Shown: positions 23,492-31,791 of the stretch, piece after piece
Numbering within the stretch: the first letter of the stretch is position 1
Layout of the letters: the number at the start of each line of letters is the position of its first letter
Source: an uncultured Planctomycetota bacterium
GTDB taxonomy: Bacteria; Planctomycetota; Planctomycetia; Gemmatales; Gemmataceae
Assembly (NCBI GenBank): GCA_963849325.1
Contig: CAWKHF010000007.1
Span: 256,001-320,000 of the forward strand
Reading direction: 5' to 3'
Length of the DNA stretch: 64,000 bases
Made by a program: the position numbers and the translations under genes
The notes under the pieces: generated by a model
What the model was told of the DNA's origin: nothing
Seen by the model: the letters and a program-made list of their open reading frames with translations, nothing else
Database searches by the model: none

Positions 23492-23910
23492 ATGCTGGAA
23501 CAACTGGTCTACACGGTCGAGTCGGGTCTGGCGGACCTGGGCCGTCGTCTGCTGCGTCCCAGTCGCGCGAACAGTTGCAGGACGACATCGACCGCCTGAG
23601 CGAACAGCTGCTCCAGCACCGTGCCGAGCTGACTCGGACGCGGATGGAACTCGGGTCCGTCAAGCGTCGCCTGCGCGACAACCCGACCGCCGCCGCCCTT
23701 CTCCACTCGCGCATCGAGATGGCCGTCCGCAACCGACAGACAGATCGAGCCTGGCAGCAGGCCATCGAGCTGGATCAGCTCCGGCAAACGCTTGCTTCCG
23801 ACCAGGATGCTTGCCCGCGCCTGGAGCAACGGTGCTGGAGCCTGCAATTCCTCGTTCGCCAGCTTGAGCGGCGACTGGCCCGCGTGCAAGAACAGCTCTA
23901 CCCGTACTGA
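23492..23910 (+). CDS. Coiled-coil protein, PspA/IM30-like; probable frameshift near 23560
   Basis: [30 protein letters not shown] then heptad-rich [12 protein letters not shown]...[13 protein letters not shown]. Confidence 0.5.
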
Positions 23911-23926
23911 GCCGATCCAGGTGCCG

Positions 23927-24607
23927 ATGCTCCCCCTCCCCCCCGTTGTCTTCTTCGATGCCGTTGGTACTCTCCTTCATCCCGAGCCGTCCGCTGCCGC
24001 CGTGTACGCGGCGGCCGGACGACGTTTCGGCAGCCGGCTCGACGAAGCCATCCTCATGGACCGTTTTCGCACCGCCTTTCGCCGCCAGGAAGAGGCGGAT
24101 CGCGCCGACGGCCTGCGCACCGATGAGGCCCGCGAGGTCCGGCGCTGGCGGGCCATTGTCCGCGAAGTGCTCGATGACGTGGCCGACCTCGAAGCGTGCT
24201 TTCAGGAACTCTACGCTCACTTCGCGCGGCCGCCAGCCTGGCGCTGCCTGCCGGAGACGGCCGACGTGCTGGCCGATCTGTCCGCTCGCGGTCACGTGCT
24301 CGGCATCGCCTCGAACTTCGACCACCGTCTGCGCGGCCTGGTCGAAAGTATTCCCGCGCTGCAGCCGATCCGACATCTTATCCTTAGCTCGGAGATCGGT
24401 TGGCGCAAGCCGGCCGCGACGTTCTTCGCCGAGATGTGTCGCCGCGCCGCTTCGCCTCCCGAGCAGGTCCTGTACGTCGGCGATGACCCGATCAATGACT
24501 ACGAGGGTGCCCGAGCCGCGGGTTTGCGCGTGATGTTGCTCGACCCTACTCGACGCGCCTCGGTGCCTGTGGAAGCGGTCCTCCCGTCGCTGACCGATCT
24601 GATGTAG
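23927..24607 (+). CDS. HAD-IA family hydrolase
   Basis: FFDAVGTLL, ASNFD, IGWRKP, YVGDDPINDY.GA. Confidence 0.92.
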   Translation: MLPLPPVVFFDAVGTLLHPEPSAAAVYAAAGRRFGSRLDEAILMDRFRTAFRRQEEADRADGLRTDEAREVRRWRAIVREVLDDVADLEACFQELYAHFARPPAWRCLPETADVLADLSARGHVLGIASNFDHRLRGLVESIPALQPIRHLILSSEIGWRKPAATFFAEMCRRAASPPEQVLYVGDDPINDYEGARAAGLRVMLLDPTRRASVPVEAVLPSLTDLM

Positions 24608-24709
24608 AGGCAAGCCGCCGCATCTCCGCTGGGTCACGAACGCGCAGCCGTTTTCCAAAATGCGCTCTTTCTCCCATTCCCGAACGAAGACATGCAATTG
24701 CCGGCAGAC

Positions 24710-24810
24710 GCAAACCGGCGACCGGGCGGGATTTCGCTTGACGGGGAATCGCCCTGAGCTTGAGATAGCGGTGTTAGGATGCGCCGGCGCCCTCGAAGAA
24801 TGAGTTCGGC
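24710..24810 (+). repeat. ~100-bp direct repeat copy 1; attI-like site with a promoter
   Basis: Similar to 26085-26184; TTGACG at 24738; ends CTCGAAG-AATGA-GTTCGGC. Confidence 0.65.
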
Positions 24811-24873
24811 GAAGAGGAGGCGACATGGGCGTATGCGGCTGGCGACTCGGCTCGCATCTGTGCCGCTTGGAAA

Positions 24874-25182
24874 TTGGGGGAGCGGATGTCGGTAGCACCG
24901 GAACCTTACTTGTCGGCCTGCCTGACGGTCCTCTACCGCGCCACCGTCGCCTGCCGCATGTGGGGCTGGTCCGGACGAGTTTCGCCGGAGCACCTGGCGG
25001 ATCTGATGGACGCCATCCACAATATCCCGGAGTTGGTCCAGCATTGGGAGCGCTGTGACGTGGAGTTTCTGCGGACAGCCTTCCTCCGAGTTTACGAGCA
25101 AAAGTGGCTTGGCCGGGGTGGCTTGGCTCTCTGCCAGATCTTTGACGACATAATCGCCCAAGGAGAGGTCAACGCCGAATAA
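24874..25182 (+). CDS. Small hypothetical protein with gene-cassette architecture (start may be MSVAPE, slightly downstream)
   Basis: Follows GTTCGGC (24804); its stop codon overlaps GCCGAAT (25174), the complement of that core. Confidence 0.65.
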   Translation: MGERMSVAPEPYLSACLTVLYRATVACRMWGWSGRVSPEHLADLMDAIHNIPELVQHWERCDVEFLRTAFLRVYEQKWLGRGGLALCQIFDDIIAQGEVNAE

Positions 25183-25210
25183 GGCGCTGCGGCAGACCGA
25201 CCACGCGACC
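25174..25210 (+). other. Left half of an attC-like site (R''-spacer-L''); right half not found
   Basis: GCCGAAT-AAGGC-GCTGCGGC-AGACC, same layout as the rebuilt attC at 27548. Confidence 0.55.
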
Positions 25211-25316
25211 AACCGTATCTTGATGGGCTTGTCAGCGACCTGCCGAAACGGAGCAGACAGGAGCGCAGGTGACCCGCTACGCTGGAGGTGCCTTACCACC
25301 GTCGTCGGAGGTGCTC

Positions 25317-25631
25317 ATGAAGGACTCGTTGGTTACCTTATCCTGGCCGGTCATTCCGCCCGAAGTTGAGAAATTCGCCGTCGAGAAGGGGGTCAGCCGA
25401 TACCTGAACGCGGTGATTGACCTGGCCCGGCAAGCTTTCCCTTCGTCGATCCTGTTCGTGTCTCTGGGACAAGATGCCGAAGACGAAAGGCATCAGTACA
25501 TTGCCCTCAACGTCGAGGTCGGCGGCCAGGCAAGCGAGAAGTTGCTAGCCGGGCAGCGAACTTGGTCCGCGGGGATCCGTCACGTTTGCCCGTCACGTCA
25601 TGCCGTCTGCTTTGTACTGGGTTGGCGATGA
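25317..25631 (+). CDS. Small protein translationally coupled to a HEPN gene (putative antitoxin / MNT-like)
   Basis: GGAGG RBS, ATGA overlap with the next gene. Confidence 0.65.
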   Translation: MKDSLVTLSWPVIPPEVEKFAVEKGVSRYLNAVIDLARQAFPSSILFVSLGQDAEDERHQYIALNVEVGGQASEKLLAGQRTWSAGIRHVCPSRHAVCFVLGWR

Positions 25632-26066
25632 ATTGGCGTGACTTTCTGCTACTGGCTACTCGATTGGCCGCGGGAACCACTGAGGCGGACTGGCGAACCG
25701 CCGTCAGCCGAGCTTACTACGCGGCCTTCCATGTCGCCCGGACCCTTGTTTGCCGATTTGAAGTTTACCGTACCCCGAGCCGACCGGGCGCATCAGTACC
25801 TTGTGTTTCGCCTCGCCAACAGTGGCGAGGCCGCCGTGGAACAGGCGGGGCGCGACTTGGACACGCTCCGGCGGTTGCGGAAACGTGCGGACTACGACGA
25901 GATTCCTGCACTCACGCAACCCCAAGCTGTCGCTGCCGTTCAGGTCGCCGAAGGCATTATCCAGGTGCTCGACGCCGCCCGGCAGGAGCCGGCCCGCACC
26001 CGGATCAGGGATGACAGGATCGTCTACGAGCGTGACGTGCTCCACGACGTTACCTGGCAGCCCTAG
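25628..26066 (+). CDS. HEPN-domain protein (frameshift near 25745)
   Basis: RTAVSRAYYAAFH; LRRLRKRADYD. Confidence 0.8.
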
Positions 26067-26084
26067 CGGCAGGGAATGAGGATG

Positions 26085-26184
26085 GCAAACCGGCTGACCG
26101 GCGGGGATTTCGCTTGACGGAGAATCGCCCTGAGTTTGAGATAGCGGTGTTCGGGCGCGCCGGCGTGCGAAGAATGAGTTCGAC
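26085..26184 (+). repeat. ~100-bp direct repeat copy 2; attI-like site with a promoter
   Basis: TTGACG at 26114; ends TGCGAAG-AATGA-GTTCGAC. Confidence 0.65.
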
Positions 26185-26194
26185 GGAGCCTCAC

Positions 26195-27004
26195 ATGAAA
26201 TTCGCGTATGCTCTCCCACGTCGGTGGATGGGCTTCGCCGTCATCCTTGTTGTTCTCACACGCCTCCTGACAGTCGTTCGCGGTGAGGTTTCGGGGAGCG
26301 AGAAGCGGGAAGCCGATGCCAAGCGCGCGGCCGAGATGGTGAATGCAATCGTGAACCGCAATAAGGCGCCCAAGTTGGTGAAGTGGCGAGGCGATATTAC
26401 TTCATGGGCAGCATTCTTCCCCGAAGATCACGATTGGAAGTAGGAGGCGCGAGTTCACAAAGCGATATCTCAACTGGAAAGGGATCAGACCGAAGAGGTC
26501 TGGGAAGAACTGGTGAAACGAACGGGTGATCGGCACTATAGCGAAACGGTCACGAGCGTGAAGACGGGGGATGCGTATATCGAAGATGTCGGGACCATCT
26601 GCGCGTGGCTTGCCCACTCGCGCCTCATCGGTGTGTTCTGGCAGCACTTGCCGCTTAGCCCATTCAAGGATGGCGAGACACTCTCGCTGGATGTCGGTAT
26701 CGGCGATCTATCCAGGTGGCGCGAGCAACGGGCCGCAAAGTCGCTCTACGAGCTACAGATTGAAGTATGCGAGAGAGCGAACAAAGTTCTGGCGAAAGTG
26801 GAGGAGGTTCCGCAAGCGGAGAAGGAGCAGGCGCGGAAAAAGATCGAGGCCGAGATAGTGAAGCTGAAAAAGACCAAACAGCCCGTCCATATTCAGGGTG
26901 GTCACAGTTATCGAGAGCGCGGCGTGTACAACGCCGAACTTGCCAAACGGGTTCGCGACGGAGTCAAGAGCGGTAAGTATGGCCGCTTGGGCATCATCAA
27001 GTAA
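26195..27004 (+). pseudogene. Hypothetical exported protein interrupted by an in-frame TAG (26441-26443)
   Basis: ORFs 26114..26443 and 26513..27004 are in the same frame; hydrophobic N-terminus. Confidence 0.6.
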
Positions 27005-27102
27005 GATGATCGCTCGACATCGATGAGGTGTGAGATTCCATCGTCCGCCGCATCGGCTATACTGGTGTGAGATAAAACGGCTGGCCTTGTGAGGATCGAC
27101 TT

Positions 27103-27600
27103 ATGACGGCGGCAGCAGCGGCCCTTGACTTAAGCGTGTTGTACGAGCGGGACGAGACAGCGTGGTTGGAGGCCATGTCGTCCCTGGCGGCCAGCGGGCG
27201 GTACGCCGAGATAGATTACCGGCACCTGAGCGAGTATCTGGCAGACATGGCCAAGCGCGATCGGCGAGAAGTGTTCAGTCGGCTGGTTGTACTCCTGTCC
27301 CATCTGCTGAAATGGGAACATCAACCGGAACGCCGATCCGGTTCGTGGCGGGGCACGATTCGAGAGCAAAGGCGTGAGTTGCGGCAACTGCTGGAGAGTG
27401 GCACCCTGCGTAACCATGCGGAGGCGGTTCGGGCAGACGCTTACGCAGAGGCAAGGCGCCAGGCGGCTGACGAAGCGGAGCTGAGCCTGGACGTGTTTCC
27501 TTCCGAGGACAGGCGGGGCTTGGATGAATTGTTGGCGGAGCCAGACGTTCGAATCCGGCGCTGCAGATGTAACGTTCAATGTCAAGTCCCGTCCCCGTGA
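27103..27600 (+). CDS. DUF29-family protein; C-terminus reads through the attC half-site into the IS end
   Basis: LYERDETAW...HLSEYLADM...LLSHLLKWEHQPERRSGSWRGTIREQR. Confidence 0.88.
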   Translation: MTAAAAALDLSVLYERDETAWLEAMSSLAASGRYAEIDYRHLSEYLADMAKRDRREVFSRLVVLLSHLLKWEHQPERRSGSWRGTIREQRRELRQLLESGTLRNHAEAVRADAYAEARRQAADEAELSLDVFPSEDRRGLDELLAEPDVRIRRCRCNVQCQVPSP

Positions 27601-29693
27601 TGACGGCCGGTAAGAACGGTTTCCTCTTTCCTGTCTGCGCAATGCGGACGGCTCCGTCCCAAGGGCGTATTCTCTCCACCGACACGGTCAACCGTTCCTT
27701 AACCGTTCCTCTTCTCTGTTGCCGGGCGTGCCGAAGGCTCCAACCCAAACGTCCGCACCAGGTCCAAGGCCGCTTCCCGCAGCGACAAGCCATGCAACGC
27801 CGCCCACAGGTCGATCACGTCCCCCTTCTGACCGCACGTCTTGTCGAAGCACTGGAAGACGTTGGCCTCCAGGTTGACGCTGAAGGTCCGGCCCCGGCCA
27901 TCGCCGCGATGCAGCGGACAGGCACCGCGACGCTGCGGACCATTGCCACGCAAGCGCGTCAACAGACCGAGTTGATCGAGCACCTGCACCAGCGACAGTT
28001 GCGCCTTGACCTGCGCAAAATCCACAAAGGAACTCTCGCCACGGGCGGCGGTCTCGGCTACGCTGTCGGCACAGGCCGCAGTGACCACTTTCTCAGCCGG
28101 CATAGCTTCCGGCTTGTGGCCCGCGGCCTGGCTCGTTGCTGACATACCATTGTCATCGGATGCAGCATTTACTGACGTGGCATTGTCATTCTCCTTGATG
28201 TGGGCCGGCGTCTGCCACGGATAGTGATCGCGGTCAAAAGGCCGGCCCGTTTTCCCAATGGCGAACACCAGATGCAACAGTTTACGCATGGCGTGGCCGA
28301 CGGCGACCGCCTTGTGCTGGGGATGCTTGGCCACGACACGGGTGTACAACGCTCGCACCGCCGGATTGAAGCGGATGGCGCTCAAGGCTGCCATCCACAG
28401 ATAGCGACGCACCAGGTCATTGCCGCGCCGACTCATGACAAAACGCCTGGGCGAACGCGGCTGGCCGTCGCGGTCCACGCCGCTGGAAGCCTCGATGGGC
28501 AAGACACCAAAATAGGCCACCAGCTTACCCGGCGGGGCGAAGCGATCGATGTCGGCGATGAAAGCTGTCAGCACCGCCGCCGTGACGGCGCCGATGCCCG
28601 GGATGGTGTCGAGGTGGTTGGTCTGGGGCAGGGCGTGATAGGCACTAACCAGCAGGGATTCCAGGCGTTTTTGCCGCGCGCCCCTATCGCGTAGTTGGCG
28701 GACCTGGTCGCGGACCAGCTCCTCGACGGCCGCGTCGTTCAGCGAGGCGATGGAGGTCTGTGCTTGTTGCAACAGCGGCGTTGCCAGGTCATCGGGTAGA
28801 TAGAGGATGGCAGCCAGTGTGGTGGGTCTGGCCTGGGCCAGGCGGGCGGCGGTCGGGTAGCGGTGGACCCGTTCGAGGACCCAGCCGGCGGCGATATCCT
28901 TGGTGAGCAGGGCCAGCTCGGGGAAGGTCAAGGCCAGGAGATGATGGAACGGGTTAAGGAGCCGTGTGCGTTGGCGGACGACAGCCTGGAGTCGGCCGGC
29001 GATCTGGCGGAGGATGCGGAGTTCCAGGGACAAGGGTTTGTCCCTTCGGGGTCGCTCGGTCACGGCATAGCGTGCGGCGACGCGGGCTTCGACGGGATCG
29101 GACTTGTGACTGCCGAAGAAGGCGGCGCGATAGTTTTTGTTGCGTTGCGGATCGCCGCAGGAGAGGGTGAGGGCCAGCGGCTGGGCGGCGTTGGCGGGGT
29201 CGGCTGGCGGCGTGGCCTGTTGGTGGAGAAAGTGCAGCAAGTTGTCGGCATAGGGTCCGGCCACGTCCAGACGCACGGCGAAGTCCACGGCGCCGTATCG
29301 TTGGACAAGGGCTTGGAGGCGTTGGCGGAAGAGAGCGTGGCCGGCGGCAGACTCGGGGAAGGACAGCTCGTCAGCAGCGGATTGGAGATCGTCGGTGAGA
29401 AAGACGGCGTAATGTCCGTAGCGGGAGGTGTCGATGCCGACGCCGATGCGTTGCGGTGATTGCGGCGCGGGAGCTGGCTGCTTTTCTAAGCAATGCAAGA
29501 GCAATTTTGGTGAGGATGCCGGCACGCTGGGTGCGCACGGTCATTGCTCCTTTGCGACCCCAATGGTCGCAATTGTTCCGTGCCACCGTCTGACCCACCG
29601 TGCCTACCGACTACCCTGCTCTCGGCGACTCGCCAACTACTCCTCCTCGGCACTTCAACGCTCGGCTCTCTCCAAGCTTTTACCTGGAATGTA
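27567..29693 (-). mobile_element. IS110-family element A, bounded by ATGTA at both ends
   Basis: ATGTA at 27567-27571 and 29689-29693; outward-facing TTGACA near the downstream end; ~130-150-nt non-coding ends. Confidence 0.8.
27699..29525 (-). CDS. IS110 recombinase fused to a C-terminal CHC2 (primase-type) zinc finger; true start may be the ATG at 29544 with a frameshift
   Basis: GIDTS, RLDVAG, KSDPVEA, LDTIPGIG, LVAYFG..PIEASSG, AMRKL; C-terminal CPLH-x19-C-x4-C..GDVIDL. Confidence 0.9.
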   Translation of the reverse strand: MPASSPKLLLHCLEKQPAPAPQSPQRIGVGIDTSRYGHYAVFLTDDLQSAADELSFPESAAGHALFRQRLQALVQRYGAVDFAVRLDVAGPYADNLLHFLHQQATPPADPANAAQPLALTLSCGDPQRNKNYRAAFFGSHKSDPVEARVAARYAVTERPRRDKPLSLELRILRQIAGRLQAVVRQRTRLLNPFHHLLALTFPELALLTKDIAAGWVLERVHRYPTAARLAQARPTTLAAILYLPDDLATPLLQQAQTSIASLNDAAVEELVRDQVRQLRDRGARQKRLESLLVSAYHALPQTNHLDTIPGIGAVTAAVLTAFIADIDRFAPPGKLVAYFGVLPIEASSGVDRDGQPRSPRRFVMSRRGNDLVRRYLWMAALSAIRFNPAVRALYTRVVAKHPQHKAVAVGHAMRKLLHLVFAIGKTGRPFDRDHYPWQTPAHIKENDNATSVNAASDDNGMSATSQAAGHKPEAMPAEKVVTAACADSVAETAARGESSFVDFAQVKAQLSLVQVLDQLGLLTRLRGNGPQRRGACPLHRGDGRGRTFSVNLEANVFQCFDKTCGQKGDVIDLWAALHGLSLREAALDLVRTFGLEPSARPATEKRNG

Positions 29694-29707
29694 TCGCCCC
29701 ACGGCGA

Positions 29708-31246
29708 CCATCGAATGGGCTCCCTCGAAGATCACGCCCAACGCCTCGGTCATGGCCCCTCCATACGGAGCTGGATGCTCCTTCCAGGCACGAGCAGCCG
29801 ATGCGGAAGGTGGCCCACCGAGGAGAGGTTGCCGACTTCGTCGTCGCTTCCTCCTTTCGTTGCTCAACTCCTCTTGCCCACGCCCGCGTCCAGCGACACC
29901 GTGCTGTCGGCCGTCAGACTTCGATATAACCGCGCCCGGTCGAAGGGCTCGCCGCGGCCGCCGACCCGGTACAACGCCAACGCCAACTTACGCATCACAC
30001 CGGCCAACGCCGGCTTGGCAGCGCCACGCCGTTGCGCCTTTTGCCGCACATACCAACTGCGCACCGGCTCCTGCCGCACCCAACGCAACGCCGCCAGGTA
30101 CAGCCAACGCCGTACCACGCTGGGACCCCGCTTGCTGATCTTGAGCTGGCCCTGCCAGCGACCACTGCTGCGTTCCTTCAGGTTCAGCCCCATCGCCTTG
30201 CGATAGGCCGACCCACAGTGGTAGTCCTGGGGATTGCCCAACGCCACCCACAGCACACACGCCGTCGCCGGGCCGACCACTGCGGCCATCGCCTGGATGA
30301 CCGGCTGCGTTGCCGCCAGTTGCCGCCGCCGCCGGGCCTGCCGATGCTGCTGCAGCCCCTCTTGCACCTGTTGGGCATAACGACGCAGGCGTTCCTCGTC
30401 CCAGCGTCCGACCGGCACGCCCGCCGTCTGCCGGGCGCTGGCTGCCAGCGCCTCGGCCTTGTCCCGGCGCAACAGACCCTTGCCCCAACGGTACAGCCGG
30501 TCTACCGCCTGGATGTCCTCCGCCAAGCCGCCTGGCCCGCCGTAGCGTAGCAGGCAGCGTCGCAGCACCCCGGAGGTCAAGGGCAACAACGCGGTCGCCT
30601 CGGGCCAATGCCGGCTCCAGAGCGCTTCCAGCCGGCCGTACCACAACTGCGTCTGCCGCCTTGGGCCTTCGAGCCACTCGACTTGGTAAGCCAGTTCCTG
30701 TTCGGCCTCGCTGGGCAGGACCAGCGGCCAGGGCCAACTGCGTCCCTGAGCGGCCAATTCGGCCACGATGGCGGCGTCCTTGCCGTCGTGCTGGGACGGG
30801 ACGCCGTCGAAGATCTCGGCGTAATCGGCGGCGGCCTTGGGGCTGATCCGATGCACCATCAAGCCGGCATGCTGGAGAGCGTGGCGAAGGGCATCGCCGT
30901 AGGTGCCGGTCGGCTCCAGGGCGACGACGAGCTGGCGGCCCTGGCCGAGGCGCTGCCGGGCCTGGGTGAGGCAGGGGAGGTCGGCGGGGTTGCGGCAGCG
31001 CCAGGGGCGCTCGAAGTCGTGGTTGTCCCAGCGGAGCACGCAGAGGATGGAGTCCTTGCCGACATCGAGGCCGGCGTGGACGAGCGTCTCGTGCCGCGGG
31101 TGCAGCAGGCGATCCAGGTAGATCGGATTGACAGCGACGGCGCGGTATGCTGTGCTCTTCATGGGGATGACCTTTTGTACGTGGACTGGTGATCGTAGCT
31201 GACACCACAATAAACCACTTTCGAGGCATCCCCATTCTTATAGCCC
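29708..31246 (-). mobile_element. IS110-family element B of IS1111 type
   Basis: Sub-terminal IRs GAATGGGCTCCCTCGAAG (29713-29730) / CTTTCGAGGCATCCCCATTC (31218-31237); CCA at both junctions; ~150-nt downstream non-coding region. Confidence 0.82.
29864..31162 (-). CDS. IS110/IS1111 recombinase
   Basis: GLDVGK, ALEPTG, HDGKDA (DEDD), ERSSG, ISKRG, VMRKL. Confidence 0.92.
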   Translation of the reverse strand: MKSTAYRAVAVNPIYLDRLLHPRHETLVHAGLDVGKDSILCVLRWDNHDFERPWRCRNPADLPCLTQARQRLGQGRQLVVALEPTGTYGDALRHALQHAGLMVHRISPKAAADYAEIFDGVPSQHDGKDAAIVAELAAQGRSWPWPLVLPSEAEQELAYQVEWLEGPRRQTQLWYGRLEALWSRHWPEATALLPLTSGVLRRCLLRYGGPGGLAEDIQAVDRLYRWGKGLLRRDKAEALAASARQTAGVPVGRWDEERLRRYAQQVQEGLQQHRQARRRRQLAATQPVIQAMAAVVGPATACVLWVALGNPQDYHCGSAYRKAMGLNLKERSSGRWQGQLKISKRGPSVVRRWLYLAALRWVRQEPVRSWYVRQKAQRRGAAKPALAGVMRKLALALYRVGGRGEPFDRARLYRSLTADSTVSLDAGVGKRS

Positions 31247-31260
31247 ACTGAGCTTGGTTG

Positions 31261-31460
31261 GTCGGCGAGTTCCTCGGCGAGGTTGACGGCTCCGGTGCAG
31301 GCTTCCCGTGCGGCGCCGTGGACGGTGCCGAGTCGTTGGATGGCTTGGTTGATGGCGTCGGCGGAGTCGGGCACGGCGCGGTTGCAGAGGACTTTGCCGG
31401 TGTTGTCCAGGACGCAGAGTTGGACGGCGTGTTGGGAGTAGTCCAGTCCGACGACTCGCC
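31261..31460 (-). pseudogene. N-terminal fragment of a third IS110 recombinase
   Basis: VVGLDYSQHAVQLCVLDNTG...EACTGAVNLAEEL. Confidence 0.7.
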
Positions 31461-31464
31461 TTCC

Positions 31465-31713
31465 CAACGGCTCACGCCGGTGGATGACCGCGAACAACGC
31501 CCGCAACGACTCACGCAAGCGTTCCCCAGAAGCACGCGCCGGAGTGTCCGGCAAGGTCGTCAGGAACTTCACGTCCCCGATCAGGGGGGCCAGGCAGAAC
31601 GGCATCACGACGCCGCACGCACGCAGGTAACGCCGGTAGGCCGAGAAGTAGTCGCAACCCAGCACGCCGTGGAACTCCTTCCCCAACCCCTCCAGCAGCA
31701 CGTCGGCCCGATC
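31465..31713 (-). pseudogene. Internal fragment of an IS66-family transposase
   Basis: VLLEGLGKEFHGVLGCDYFSAY...FCLAPLIGDVKFL. Confidence 0.7.
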
Positions 31714-31791
31714 AGCGAAGTGCTCATGCGGTCGTCCTTTCCACCGAAGAGGCCGCTTGCGGCCGGGCGCTCGTGCCCGGCCGCAAGCGGA

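Noticed and set aside
24610-24710. Integron integrase upstream of the first attI-like repeat
   Set aside because: Only ~100 bp separate it from the HAD gene and no tyrosine-recombinase motifs are visible in any frame.
26441-26443. Pyrrolysine readthrough at the in-frame TAG
   Set aside because: No pyl genes or catalytic context; a GAG/CAG-to-TAG change or base error in a decaying cassette is simpler.
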